64,000 nt of DNA from Octopus sinensis (GCF_006345805.1 NC_042999.1:51770001-51834000); one strand, 5' to 3'. Positions 41,791-56,027 are shown, numbered from the stretch's first letter. The notes: a model not told the origin generated them from the letters alone. Translations and numbers: made by a program.

Positions 41791-42961
41791 AGAACCTACG
41801 GACTCAAAACAACCATATTAGCGATCTGTTATCAACCTCAGTGGTGTAAAGAATGACTTTGTGTGATTCGAAACTTAGACTCTAAGATTCCAAATAAAGT
41901 AGCAGAAAATGATTAATTTCAATGCCAATCTCTTGTTCCATTTGAATATTATTTCCTATAAATAATAGCTGCTCATCAAAACAACCGACCAGATATTAGG
42001 ACGAGGAGCTTGCCGAAGGAATAGACATCAGTACTTGACTACTTCTTTATTTTATCGACCCATACCGAAGACAATTGATTTTGATGAGATGTGAACTTAG
42101 AATGCAAAGAAACAAAAGAAAACAACAAAATGTTTTTTTCCAACTGATTCAACCAACTTTTATTTTCTGTATTCAAATGTCAGTTCTTTGTTGATTTTTC
42201 CGCATAGGAGCACGGACAGTTTGATGTCCAGACTATTTTGCGGCTCTGTAACGATAGAAAGCAAATAAGATGATTTCAAAAAAAATCATGAAATCCATTT
42301 GAATGAAATCAAAATAATATTCAATCAAGTGAGGTACTTTTTATAGCTTTATATTTTCTCTTTGTAAATGGAAGAATTAAATGACACCGTCATCGGGAAT
42401 ATTCTGCATTTCTCAGCAAGATATGTTTCGATGGCAGAACATGGAACACACCCCTTAATGGTTTAATAAAATATCACAATGAGTTCCGGCCATGTCGAGA
42501 CCCTATAGGAGACTGTAGTGAGCTCACAATGAAGTCCTCCTCCAAAATCTGCGACGATTGTGTTTCTACACGTTTTAAGCTGCTTAAGAAAGCTAGCCAC
42601 TCCACCAACTGGCATGGTGTCGTTCATTAACACACTTCAACCTCTACCTCCATTCACCTGCTGTGTCTCCACTCGCTGTCTTTTCTACCACTACTACAAT
42701 GGTCTCTGCTCTTGCAAGATGGGGTTGATATGTTAGTCTTTCTACGCAAGTCCCAGGTCACCTGTATTTTGCTCATATACACGTGGACGAATCCTAACCA
42801 TTAATCTCAATCCTTCCGCCCCAGTAATTCTCCACCCCCTGCAATTCCCTCCCTGTCCATATTCTCTCTACAGTCACAAAGTTTCATCAATTATGCCCAT
42901 CTCACTGAACTAAACATAAAAAAATTCCACCCTTTTCACCCCACCCTCGTTTTTACCGATT

Positions 42962-43101
42962 AACTTGAAAATACAGTTCTATATTTAAGAGATGAGGAAT
43001 TATGTACATTATTTACATTTGACAGATATTTGTCATCTTGTTTGTTGCTAACACAACGTTTCGGCTGATATACTCTCCAGTCTTCATCAGGTGTCTTGGG
43101 G
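42962..43101 (-). mobile_element. Inverted PLE-like tail (pseudo-LTR) abutting the tRNA head
   Basis: Reverse complement of the tail at 45150-45228 and 39476-39546. Confidence 0.8.
43050..43095 (-). ncRNA. Minimal type I hammerhead ribozyme
   Basis: GACAC-CTGATGA-A-GACTGG...TCAGCC-GAAAC-GTT-GTGTT; stem I 5 bp, stem II one mismatch, loopless ACGU stem III. Confidence 0.75.
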
Positions 43102-43183
43102 CATATGGCGTAGTGGTTAAGAGCGCGGGCTACTAACCCCAAGATTCCAAGTTCGATTCCAAGCAGTGACCTGAATAATAATA

Positions 43184-43244
<61 letters not shown>

Positions 43245-43269
43245 TATCATAATAATAATAATAATAAGC

Positions 43270-45079
43270 CTGACTACCTCTCTCAAAATTGCTCAATGAT
43301 GCACAGTACGGTTATAAAATGTTTGATAAAAATATAAATCATCTCATTTACATGGATGATTTAAAGCTCTTTGCAAACAATGGCCAACAACTCAAGGGCT
43401 TACACGCGATTGTTAAACAATTCAGTGATGACATCAGAATGCAATTTGGCCTAGATAAATGTGCAAAAGCTGCCTTTATCAAAGGAAAAATGACAGAAAC
43501 ATCTAACGTTAACCACGACCAGCAGAATGTCATAAAAGAGAACCAGCGGAGAGCTACAGATACCTAGCCTACTTGAACGGGACGGGATAAGGCATTCAGT
43601 GATGAGGGAAGAATCAGAAAAGAATGTTATCGCAGGGTGAGAGCAATACGTAAGACTGAGCTGAATGCGAGAAACAGGATCGAAGCGATCAATGCTTTAG
43701 CCATACCAGTCGTGACCTGCAGTTTCAATATCATTATCTGGTTAATTACTGAAATATAAAATCTTGACTGAAAAATACGAAAACTGTTGACAATGCATAG
43801 AATGAACCACCCTAAGGCAGCTATAGAACGACTTTATCTGCCAAGAATAGAGGGAGGCCGTGGACTTCTACAACTGGAAATAACAATGAAGATTGCTACA
43901 ATTGGCCTAGACACCTACCTGAAAAACTCTGAGGACTGGATGTTAAAACATGTCTCAAAACATGAAAACAAGAATGCACCATCCTCAGTAACAAAACAGA
44001 CAAAGGAATATCTAAGTGAATTCCAAACACAACAAATTCCGGAATTAGACATACGAGAAACAAGCGCAGAAAAATCTAAGCGCATGAAAACCCGTGCTAA
44101 AACTGCTGCCTTAGATATTCTGAATGATAAATGGCAAGAAAAACCTCTCAATGGCAAATACCCAAAGAGAGTGAATAATGCCGATGTTGACAAAGCCCTT
44201 ACCCATCAATGGCTAATGGCCTCTGGCTTAAAATCTGAAACGGAAAGGTTTATCATAGCAGCCCAAGATCAATGCCTACCTACAAGGAACTACCAGGCCA
44301 ACATATTAAAAAACAGCAGCTTCCCAACATGTCGTGTACGTCAACAACAAAAGGAAACCATTGATCATGTTGTCTCTGAGTGCAGTCTTCTTGCGCCTAC
44401 AGAGTATCTCAACAGGCACGATAGAGCTGCACAATATATTCACTGGGTAAATTGCAAAAACCTGGACTTGCCCCATGATAAAAACTGGTGGGGAATGAAA
44501 ACCACCTCCAGTGCTTGAAAATGATCACATCTCATTCCTCTGGAACCTCACCATTTAAACTGACAGAAAGATAGATCCGAATAGGCTAGACAAAGATTTC
44601 AGACAAAATCCTGCCTCCTCATTGATATGACTGCCCTAATTGATATAAACGTATCTGTCAAGACCTACCAAAAACTGAGCAAATATAAAGATCTTAAAAT
44701 AGAAATTAGTAAAATGTGGAACCTGAAAACTAAAACAATACCTGTTGTCATAGGTGCCCTAGGAATGATAGCAAAAAGGGCTGATTGCTACCTAGCTCAG
44801 ATATCAGGAAACCCCAAAATGGCAGAAATTCAAAAGATAGTACTCATGGGAACTGCTCATATTCTACGCAAAGTACTTTCTATGTAATCTCAAGTTTTAA
44901 AACAAACACATAATTTTCTTATGGTTTCTTAAACATTCTCTAGAACAACACTATGTACAAAACCAAATATATGGCACACTAGGCATAACACCAACATAAA
45001 CTTCCAACTTGTTGTCTCTTGAGGTCTCTGGATGAGACTTGGAGCCAACTTGTACAAATGTAAAGCAAAAGTCAAACAT
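43270..45079 (+). mobile_element. Dong/R4-like family B, 5'-truncated
   Basis: YMDDLKLFA, RLYLPRIEGGRGL, RHDRAAQYIHW, KLSKYKDL; same 3' UTR as 27284-27501. Confidence 0.93.
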
Positions 45080-45154
45080 CAATTAATAATGGTAATCATG
45101 ATAACATCGAAAAATACCTTAGGAATGAGAACCCAGGTTCGAAGTTTCCCCCCA

Positions 45155-45200
45155 AACATCTGATGAAGGCTGGAAGGTATATCAGCCGAAACGTTGTGTT
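45155..45200 (+). ncRNA. Minimal type I hammerhead ribozyme, intact core
   Basis: AACAT-CTGATGA-A-GGCTGG-AAGGTATA-TCAGCC-GAAAC-GTT-GTGTT; stems I and II fully paired allowing G-U; predicted cleavage after GUU (45195). Confidence 0.8.
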
Positions 45201-45760
45201 AAGAAGAAACAAGATGAGGACAAATATCTTTAATGGTATCGCTGCATGCAACCCACCTCTTCTGCTGCTCGTCTCAAAATGCCGGACACTTCACGTCTAT
45301 CTGAGCTATGTATTAATTTCGCCTGAACTATAGAGTTAGAAATTGATTGAATAAAGGGGCTTGGAGGTCGTCATGTTACCCCTATCTAGATTGTACTTAT
45401 TTCTCCAATATTCTACAGGAATCTAACCTTTAACTCTACTTCAACCCGGACAATCTGTGGCTCCATCAGGGAAATAAATAGCAACATAATTCAGGGATAA
45501 TATTCAATAATAATTCGTATTATTAAGTCATTCTTTCTCATTTTTGCACAGGACTTTCAATTTTAGCGCGTGTGTGTGTGAGGTCGTGTGGAGTGGGGAG
45601 GTTTGGGTGAAGGGTAAATCGATTGCATTGATCCCAATATTTGATTGGTATTTATTCTATCGATCTCGAACGGTTGGAAGGTAAAATAGACATTTGAACC
45701 AAAAGAAATACAGCTAAAATCTTTGTCCTACAAGATAATAATTTTGCCAGCTAGTCACCT

Positions 45761-45807
<47 letters not shown>

Positions 45808-45829
45808 TAATAATAATAATAATATAATA

Positions 45830-45874
<45 letters not shown>

Positions 45875-45879
45875 TAATA

Positions 45880-47171
45880 CGAGGGGCGTTCAATAAGTAA
45901 TGCCCCTGACCCACTTCCCATAGCAGTAGAGCAACGAAACTTGGCACAGGTATTAGTCTTTTTCTACATAGGAACCAACCAGAGGTACGCATTTCTCCCA
46001 TCGATTGATGCAGTTCTGGAGACCGTTTTCGTAGAAGACCCCAGCTTGGTCCTCCAACCACGACGTGACTTCAGAAATCAAGGCTGCATCATCTGGGAAA
46101 CGCTTTCCTTTCAAAAACAACTTCATGGCTGGGAAGAGGTGAAAATTAGAGGGTGCAAGGTCAGGAGAGTAGGGGGATGGGGGAAGAGTTCATAGCCGCA
46201 CACCTGTGCTTCTGATCTGGCGACACGCGAGTTGTGGACCGGAGCGTTGTCCTGCAGGAGGAGGATGCCTTTGCTGATCTTGCCCCGCCTCTTGGTTTCG
46301 ATAGCTTCTCTTAATTTCCTCAAAAGTGAAACATGATAGGCTCCTGTTATTGTGGTACCCTTTGCCAGGAAATCTGTCATCACTACTCCGTCCTGGTCCC
46401 AGAAGACTGTGAGCATGACCTTGCCAGCGGAGGGCTGCACCCTTGCCTTCTTTGGAGGAGGTGAGTCATGGTGCTTCCACTGCATTGACTGGGCTTTGGT
46501 CTCTGGATCATAGTGATGAACCCAGGTCTCATCCTGTGTAATCAGTCTTTTGAAAAATTTTGACTCATCTTCTTGGCACATCCCTAAATTCTTGCTTCAG
46601 GAATTCTTGCGTTCTTACTTCTGGAAAAGTGTGAGCAGCCTGGAAATCCATCTGGCAGACACCTTTTGCATATGCAAATGGTCATGAATGATAGTTTCCA
46701 CAGACCCGGTACTAATCTTGACCTCATGGGCTATTTGGCGAATAGTTATGCGTCGATCTTCCAAAATGGCAGCCTCAACTTGACGGACAGATGCCTCATC
46801 AATAGCAGAAGGGGTGCAACCAGATCTGGGAGCTGTTTCCACAGAGTTCCGACCATGTTTGAATTCACGATGCCAGCGTTTTACAAGGTCATATGATGGG
46901 GCATCATCACCATAAGTTACTTTCATTTCATCAAAAGTCTCCTGTGGTGTGCGTCATTTCAAATACAAAAACCGGATCACTGCTCGACACTCAACATGCT
47001 CCATTTCCCACTTGACTCATTTCAAACACCTGTAAATCAGAAACCACAATTAGTTCAGAGCTGTAATTTGCCACTTAATCTATAGAGATATCAATAATTG
47101 CACATGCAAAATTTCAGCTAGATCAAACAAAGGCAAGTAGGTCAGAGGCATTACTTATTGAACGCCCCTCG
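45880..47171 (-). mobile_element. mariner (irritans-like) DNA transposon, defective
   Basis: TIR CGAGGGGCGTTCAATAAGTAATGCC at both ends with TA flanks; ITQDETWVHHYDPETK, LLQDNAPVH, SPDLAPSN (third D changed to N); frameshifts. Confidence 0.95.
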
Positions 47172-47278
47172 TAATAGTTGATATGTTTGATTTCAGTAGT
47201 CAGGCTTTACATTGTAGTGGGAGAGATGGAAAATAAAGAGTGACAGAAAGATAGATAGATAGATAGACAGATAGATAG

Positions 47279-47350
<72 letters not shown>

Positions 47351-49145
47351 AACATAAGAGGTGCATATACGAGGCTTGATGTTAGGCAAAGAGTAAAAGG
47401 ATTTACCCTTCATCCTTTTGAAGTCGATAAGTACCAGTTGAACACTGGAGTTTGTACCAAAATTTGAAACCAATAATATAATAATAATATTTATCATAGT
47501 TAACTGGTAGCAGTAAATCAACAACTCTCCTGAAGGTTTACAAAAAATCTATGTTGGTTTCTGTGTTGACCCGTTCCTGTTGTGCAACCATACTGTAAGC
47601 TCATGTGATCAAGAGATTCAAGGATTCATTATATACGAACTCTGCTGATACGTAAGCTATATCAATTTTGGGATCAATAATGACAATAATTGGATTGTTA
47701 TCGATTCGTCACCTTAGTAAACTAAACCTTGACTTATTAAGCAGTGACAAATATTTATTTTCGATTTGGATCAGATAAGTATCTGCTTTATAATAGGTAA
47801 ACACTGCAACCAACACAAAAAGCAACTATAGGAAGCAGTTATTAGATTAGTTTGTTCGTCTGGAGAATAACAGAATATTTCTAAATAGCTTGACGTATCA
47901 TTGTAAATAAATTATTTATGAATTTTCTGTTTAACGGGAAATCTGTGCAAAGAAATCAATGCATATTTTTAAACCTTACCATTGCCCAAACTCCTGTGTG
48001 TTTATTTTTATGTGTAGTTGTTGAAATCGTTGCTATTTCATTGAGAACGAAATACAAGCTGTTTGCTGGAGATTGCAATCAGATTTGAACGAGAGAAGCT
48101 TTGTCTCAGAAGTCGAGCAACTTAGTAGAAAGAATTCACGTCTAAGAACACCGACTAATACCTATATTGAAGAGATAAAAGGAATAAATTTGATTCTATA
48201 AGCACATAATATTGATTGCTAACCAATTTCAATAGACTAACCTAACATCATATCTACATAGTAGGAATGCATCTTTCTTCTATGTAATGACATCGTTGAA
48301 ACATGTTAGTTAGATTTCATTTCAGATCAATAAAACTAGCAGTTTGAAAACGATTTCAGAGTTTTGTCAATACTTTAACATTTGAATTAATGTTTGTATA
48401 TGTAAATGGACAGTATTAGTTAGGTATGGCGACATTATAACACAGAATTCATCTGAATTTCAAATCTACCATCTCAATGTACAAAGAACTTCTAAAAGAA
48501 GCCATTTTATCGATAAATATATTGTGGTATCATTTTAATGAAGTCGACTTGTGGACAGCTTCACTTCATCTTCCTACAATTACAACTTTGTAACTCTCAT
48601 AAAAAAATAACTTTAGCTGGGTATTTTTTTTTAACGCTTTGGGGAAATATTTGATTTTATATCTCAAAATCTTTTAATCAGAATATTTTCTGCAAGAATA
48701 TTCCCAATACAGGAAAATAATTGGAGGGGAAAAAAAAGGGAAACGGTTACTGTATATTTCAATAGAATAAAATCACCATTTTTATTGGCGGGACGGCCGT
48801 TCACATTGTCTTCATACATTTAGAAGAAATAGGATCAAAAGTACAGAACACGCACGCACACACGCACACACATATACACACACATAACATACATAGCACA
48901 TATATATATATATATATATACATTTGTTTGAAATATTATTGTGTATGAGTGTATGTGTGGGTAGGCAAGTTTATTGAAATATTTTATACGCTGATATAAA
49001 ATAATATCCATACATCTCAGTGACATGTTAATATCAAATGGATCAAACTTAAATAGTGAATTTTGGGATAATAATATACTGTTAAACATCTATGTAGCTG
49101 TCTGTCTGTCTGTCTGTTGTCTGTCCGTATGTTTGCTTTCCTGCA

Positions 49146-49247
<102 letters not shown>

Positions 49248-49602
49248 AAAAAAAAGATGGGTAAATGTAGCAAGGATGGCACGAATGAATGACGAAGCCA
49301 CCTTGAGCATGATCCTATGAACCGTAAACAAATTTAATACAGTGTTACTTATTTGTAAATAAATGTTAATATGTGGCGTATTTGCCCGAGGTTACTGTGG
49401 TCTTATCGTAGGTTTTTCTTTCCACAGATAAACCTCCCCATTTCTTGGGAACTTTTTGTACTATTTCGACATTTTTTGCATATATTTCCAACGATTTCGA
49501 TCCATTTTGATCGATGTCCCCTTTTTTTCGCCCCCCTCGAAAAGAAAAACTCTACATTGAAATTGTCCCCTCTGTGTTTAGCCCCGTGTGACCAATAAAT
49601 AA

Positions 49603-49797
<195 letters not shown>

Positions 49798-52700
49798 GAC
49801 GTGAATGGAGTAGAAAAATCGACTCCAAGTAAGTTGGCTTTTTTGTGTAGAAGAACTGTTTATTTGGGGAATATTTTTGTGAAACACCATTTCCTTCAAC
49901 CCCAGTAAATCTTGTAATAGGAAATTACCCCACTTGAGGTAAATTTCCAAAATTTAAAAAAAAATTCTTCGGTTTCTTTGCCATATTCTAAACGAAAAGG
50001 GTTAAATTGAACCAACATGCCATTGACTTCGTGCCTCTACCAAGACCAGAGGTGAGCGAAGCTGAAAACAAAGTCGTTCCGCTTGAACTCACACAGGCTT
50101 TAGAAGGTACAAACTAAGAAGCAAATACGTTTACTTCTATAAACACTGCCTCCACCACTGCCACCACCACTACCGCCATCACTCCCACTACCGCCATCAC
50201 CCCCACAACCAACACGAACACTCAAAGCAATTTTGCTGCAGCTTTAAAGCTGAAGAAAAAAATCATGTTCGAAGGAAGAAGTGCTTGCCTGCAAGGCAAT
50301 GTTTAAAAAAGGCGAACACACCATACAACTACAGACACCACAAAACATCATAGAAAAAATCGCAAAAAAAACACCAAAAACAAATCTATACGAAACGGCA
50401 ACTCAAGAAAAGTAGAAAAATGTTCAAGGGGAAACAAATTTGCCACGATCAAAGTTAGATTCAACAGTGAAGAACGAGCCAAGGACCTCTTCACAAAGTC
50501 CTTTGAATGTGACAACTCAGTGATGATCCCTACATACCTTGGTCGTTGGGTCACAAAGATAAAAATAAAAAATGTGCCCCTGAGATAGAAATATATTAGC
50601 TTGTGTCTGCCATTTGTTACGATATCGAGGAGGAAATCCATATCTTGGAAATCGCTTTCCTGGACCAGAAAAATTGTATTGGTCAAGGAGTGGAAATCCT
50701 TGCTCAAATCGATCCGATCAGCTTCGAAAAAATTCCACATCAAATCAAACTGACAGACGATCCGAGGTTGCATGTAGCCGTCGAGGGCAGAAAGCCATGT
50801 TGCTACGTTTGTTGTAGCAAATCGCACCTGAAAATCAGTTGCTCATTAGCACAGAAACAACAACGACAACAACAAGAAAGCCAAAAACCGAGAGAAAATC
50901 AGCACTGCTACCCACACCGCCATATGCACAACTAATTAAACAGCTCTACAAACAAACGAAGGAACATCAGCAACCAACAAGCCATCCCAACCAAACAACA
51001 CCACCATCAGCGTCACCAAGAACAGAAACATCATCACCAAAACCAACAACAACTCTAAAGGAAGAAGGGAAAACCAAAAGGACTCATACCCCATCCCCAA
51101 AACCCACACACTACATCCCAACTGTCACCAACCAGCACCAACACCAACAACAAAATCAGAATATGCCAGTGTGGACATGGAACAACCGCATCGGGTCGTC
51201 CAGATCGTATTTAGATAGAGTATTCTGTGGGGCAGTGGATAAGGATAGTGTAGGTTGTCCACAATTCCATATAGTCAGCTACACAGATCACAAATTTTTA
51301 CTTGTACACTTGGTATAGATAAGCCACACAGGCAGGGTCCTGGTTACTGGAAGCTGAACGCATCGTTCACGGCACGCCAGGCTTACAGGGACTGGATTAG
51401 CACATTAGTTAAGAGAGCACTGACGGGTGCCATCGTCAACAGCAGATGACGGTATGCCTTAAAGAAAGCAATTAAAGCATATCGAAATAGAATAGAGGGA
51501 GACATAGTTAAGAAATTAGAAAAGGCACTGGCGGCGAGGTTGGCCATCGACCAACACTTCAATGTCAAACACGAAGGATGCGTTGTCAGAGCTAGGATGC
51601 GTGCTGTGAGGAACGAAGGAGATGGAGCCGCCCGAGAGGCCGGAGTGGCGGAGGCGCAACGAGGCAACAAAGTCACCATTAGGTCTCTGACAGATAAGCA
51701 AAAGCTTTTGATAGAGTAGACCATCGCTACTTAGAGGCTGTCCTTAGAGTGGCTGGTTTCGGTCCCATCTTCCGCTGTTGGATCGCTGCCTTATACAGCA
51801 GCATCCGCTCGGTAGTTCGTGTAAACGGTCATCTGCACTGACCATTTAACATCAAGCGTTCGGTTGGTCAATGATGCCCCCTCTCGTCACGTTTGTATGA
51901 ATTGACTCTTGAGCAACTACTGCGGAAGCTGGTGACGCTGAGGAGCATCCCGCGAGAGCTGGGATGCGGGAGGAGCGTGTCTGCATACGCGAATGACACC
52001 ACCGTGATAGTGTCGAGCCACAGGAATATCGACCAGGTCGGCGAGACACTAAAAGAATACAAAGCGGTAACTGGAGCAAAAATTAACCCGGAAAAGTCAG
52101 TGGGCTTGGCACCTGGAGAAGCAAGCCCATGTTGTCTACCAGCGTCTCCATCGTGAGACGTTTGACCGACGGACCGGTTAAATTGCTCGGTGTCTGGTTC
52201 GGTCCGCACCTTGAAATGAAGAACTGGGGCGAGATAACGACTAGGGTGGCCACTCTCACCCAGTAATAGGCCGAGAGGAAGCTATCCCTAAAAGGTTGTA
52301 CATCGCATCCGTCATCGATTATCGTCTGACCGTCGTACCTTGTCCCAACCCTACCATCACCTAACTGTAACGCATACTCTTCCGCTTTTTGTGGGAGGGA
52401 AGTGTTCCGATGGTTAGACGATCCATTTGCTGTCAACACCCGCTAAATGGAGAGCTTGGCATGCCGTGGCTGATGATGCGTAGATATGCGCTGAGACCGC
52501 GACATCTCACGCGCTTCATAGACGACAATGAACATGTGTGGTCACCGTTTGTGCGACGCGCTTTCCCGCAGCTCGTCTCTTTGACCGAACTGCAGTCGTG
52601 GATCAAACAGATATCGAAGCTAGTTGAATGGCACCGTGAGTGCCGCCTTGCTCTCAAGCAACTCTGCCGTCCGAGACCAAGCTTGTGCGACTTCAATTCC

Positions 52701-53265
52701 ACAAAGGCGTTCTATAGAGGATTAGTGGAGGGAAGGTGCATCGACGCTCTCGAGCAGAATCTGGGCGTCGACGAGGAACACCTGACCTACCTGTTCAGGA
52801 CAACTTTCGGGCCGGGACCTATGGACAATCACCAGAGATCCTTGGCGTGGCAGTGCTATCGAGAAGCATTTCCCATTCGGGATAAGCTCTACAGGCACGG
52901 TTCGAGACACACCGGACCGACTTGCCCGAGATGCGGTCAGAGCGACGAAACCTTTCTGCGCGCACTCGTGCAATATCCAACCGTTTCGGACCTGTGGGCT
53001 TATGCCGAACGGCTGCTGTCACGTGTGGGACGAGTTCGCTTGTCGGCCGAGTCTAACGTGAAAATTGCTCTGCCACCTTCTATTAACCGGGAAGGCAAGG
53101 GAGTGTTCATCGTACTGGTGGCCGTAGTGAAAGAATGTGTGTGTGGTGGACTCAACCGAAAGTTTCAGAGACAAAGACTTTCCTCTCTGGCCAATCAACT
53201 TTTTCAAGTACCACTTGAAATGGAAGGCGAGAATAGAGAGGTAAGTTTTGTCTCGTGAATATTCC
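49798..53265 (+). mobile_element. Tx1-like LINE, internally deleted (ORF1 knuckle; APE end, RT and C-terminal finger remnants)
   Basis: ORF1 CYVCCSKSHLKISC; WTWNNR..SYLDRVF..SYTDH; GPGYWKLNAS; SAYANDTTV; CPRCGQSDET. The 5' boundary is approximate. Confidence 0.85.
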
Positions 53266-53329
53266 CTCCCTGCCTGAGGATACAGTAGTCTTTTCCGTCG
53301 GCTTTTCCTTCCACGCATAAATCTAATCT

Positions 53330-53960
53330 GCAGCGGAATGAGCCAGGTTGGGATGTGGGTTTAGGGAAGAAGCTATGAATCGGGATGTCACGTAGGTTGT
53401 TGGCTGTTTGAAGGAGGAAAGGGGTAGGTTGGGGAAGATGCAAAGTGGAAGGGTCGGACTGGAGTCGCCGGAAGGCTCAGAGAATGATGCGTTGGAGGGG
53501 CGGGGTGGAGGGGTGAGAGGTGTAGAAGCGAGAGACGGGCAGCGGTGGGGCGGAAAGAGAGCAGAGGCATGGTCCACGGATCGTGCTCTGGCAAAAGCGG
53601 TGTGGATAGTGGTGAGAAGATATCCACGAAAGATGAAGTGGCGAGCCATGAGTTGAGACTGAGTCTCAAAGTCATGGTTGTCACTGCAGAGCCTTCGCAG
53701 ACGTATGAATTGGTAGTAGGGGATGGAGATCTTGACGTGGGTAGAGTAGGAGGAGGAGAAGTTGAGGTATGAGTGTGAGTAGGTGTGTTTGTAGTGGATG
53801 GAGGTAGTGAGATGGAGTTGTGTAAGTTGACCGAAATGTCGAAGAAAGGCGACGGAAGTGTTGGAAATGATACAGGAGAATTCGGGGGCAGGATGTAAGG
53901 ATTGGACAAAAGAGAGGAAAGAGTCTAGTTGTTCGCGTGAGAGCGAGGTCGCACCTATAG
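53330..53960 (-). mobile_element. Penelope-like RT thumb fragment
   Basis: TSIHYKHTYSHSYLNFSSSYSTHVKISIPYYQFIRLRRLCS...RGY; PGSFRC linker. Confidence 0.85.
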
Positions 53961-53962
53961 TC

Positions 53963-54052
<90 letters not shown>

Positions 54053-54102
54053 TCTATCTGTCTGTCTGTCTGTCTGTCTGTATGTCTGCCTACTTGCCTG
54101 CC

Positions 54103-54139
<37 letters not shown>

Positions 54140-54175
54140 GCCTGTCTGTCTCTCTGTCTGTCTGTCAGTTTGTCT
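53963..54175. repeat. (CTAT)n/(CTGT)n microsatellite
   Basis: Read directly from sequence. Confidence 0.95.
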
Positions 54176-54556
54176 GTTTTTGATTTCATTTACCTCCATT
54201 TATAAACGATGTATGAATATCGTTTCATTCAGTAGCATTAGTTCTATGTACAAAAATACATAAATACTCACATAGATACATACATACATACATACATAAA
54301 CAAATACATACATACATACATACATGCATACACACCTGCATACAACCATAATGAATCAGCTTTTTCGATTGAATGTATGAATGTTCTATGCGCCCATGCA
54401 CCAGAAATTGTATGAATGAATCTAATATTGTATGTGTAGGTAAATGGAAATAAGTATAACATTCGTGTATACACACAAACACATATTTATGTACATATAT
54501 ATGTATGTATATCTATATACATATATATTCATGTACATATATACATATATGCATAT

Positions 54557-54600
<44 letters not shown>

Positions 54601-54688
54601 TGGTAAAAATGGTAAAATAACAAAAGAAAGAGACCTCAGTATTATGTAAATAGAGGAATTTATCTGTAAAATAATGTGACAATTATAC

Positions 54689-54728
<40 letters not shown>

Positions 54729-55386
54729 GAACATATGTGTATGTACATTTATATATGCGTGTGTGCGTGAATTTAGATGTGAATTGAGAATGTATGGATT
54801 CAGTTATCTCTGCGGAAATGTGTTTTGGTAAAACAGTAATCAACTGTTTAAAAACCTATTGTTCATGTCTTAACCAGCGTTCAAAGAACGAAGTTTCTAG
54901 GTGCAGAGACCGGTTGCTGCAACAAACCACTTTCGAGATAACAAGAGCAATGATGACGTTTAAAAGATAATACCTGTGCATCAGTAATTACTTTTAACAA
55001 CCCTATTCAATGTACATGCTGTTCACGGGAAATATATGATTGCCTGCAATCCAATCTTATTATACTGAACTTTGGGAAATTTATAACTGAAAATTAAACA
55101 GTAAAGAAATACAAATTATAGTGTATTTCAAATAATTTTAGATAATTCTGTTGGTAATAATTCATTTAATTTCAAACGTGATCTACGGAGAGTTTATACA
55201 CAATTAGGTTATATTTTCATAAATATTTAACCTTGTAGTTTTTAGCAAGGAGAATGTAAACTGTCCTTCAGCTCCCTCTTTTTCTTTATATACTTACACA
55301 CACGTGCGCGCACACACACATGTAAGATATTAGCTGCTGCTATATATCAGTAGATGCTAAATTTATCTAAGAATGAGATTGATAAT

Positions 55387-55440
55387 GGAACGTTGCTACT
55401 GATGATGCATAAAGATGCAGAAATCTAGAGTTAGCTTTCC
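55387..55440 (+). ncRNA. Hammerhead-like motif, slightly degenerate
   Basis: GGAA..GCTA-CTGATGA-TGCAT-AAAG-ATGCA-GAAA-TCTAGA-GT-TAGC..TTCC; perfect stem II, palindromic stem III lacking 1-2 nt. Confidence 0.55.
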
Positions 55441-55623
55441 ATCGCACTACTGGACGCTTTCCGCCTGCTACTGACAGCCTTCTGTGCTTTTCAACAATAT
55501 ACATGTATCCGAGATACTTTTTCAAGGCAAATATAACAGTTTTGGGGATTTCTATGGTATAGCCACGTTAAATAATATATACAGAATGAGATATATATAC
55601 ATCTACGCACACACACACACACA

Positions 55624-55686
<63 letters not shown>

Positions 55687-56027
55687 ACACATGCATGTGT
55701 GTGCATACATATATATATACGTGTGTGTGCGTGTGTGTGTGTGCGTGCGTGTGTGTGTGTGTGGACTTTTCGAAATGGTTATATAGTAAGAAAAACAAGG
55801 CAGTCAGAATTTGGTTCAACTATTTATTAAGCACTTTTACCCCTTCAAAGATTCATCGCAAGAGATCTCTTGATAAAATTCTCATCTTTTATATATTTGT
55901 GAGTTAGCAAAAGAAAAAAATATTGGGAGTTGAACTTGCGTCCTTGGCCTATGCGAAGATGATATTTTGGAAGTTGTTATTTAAAATGTTTTTGTCACTT
56001 TGAATTTATACGTGTGTATTTATATGC

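Larger units (their letters stand above)
43099..45228 (+). mobile_element. Composite SINE: tRNA-Arg-like head + (TAA)n + hammerhead tail, with a Dong/R4 copy nested in the TAA tract
   Basis: Head 43099-43171 with A box TGGCGTAGTGG and B box GTTCGATTCC; TAA 43174-43267; body resumes ~45080-45228 with the hammerhead. Confidence 0.7.

Noticed and set aside
43099-43171. Functional tRNA gene (apparent anticodon ACT)
   Set aside because: Acceptor and anticodon stems pair poorly, there is no oligo-T terminator, and it is followed by TAA repeats; SINE head instead.
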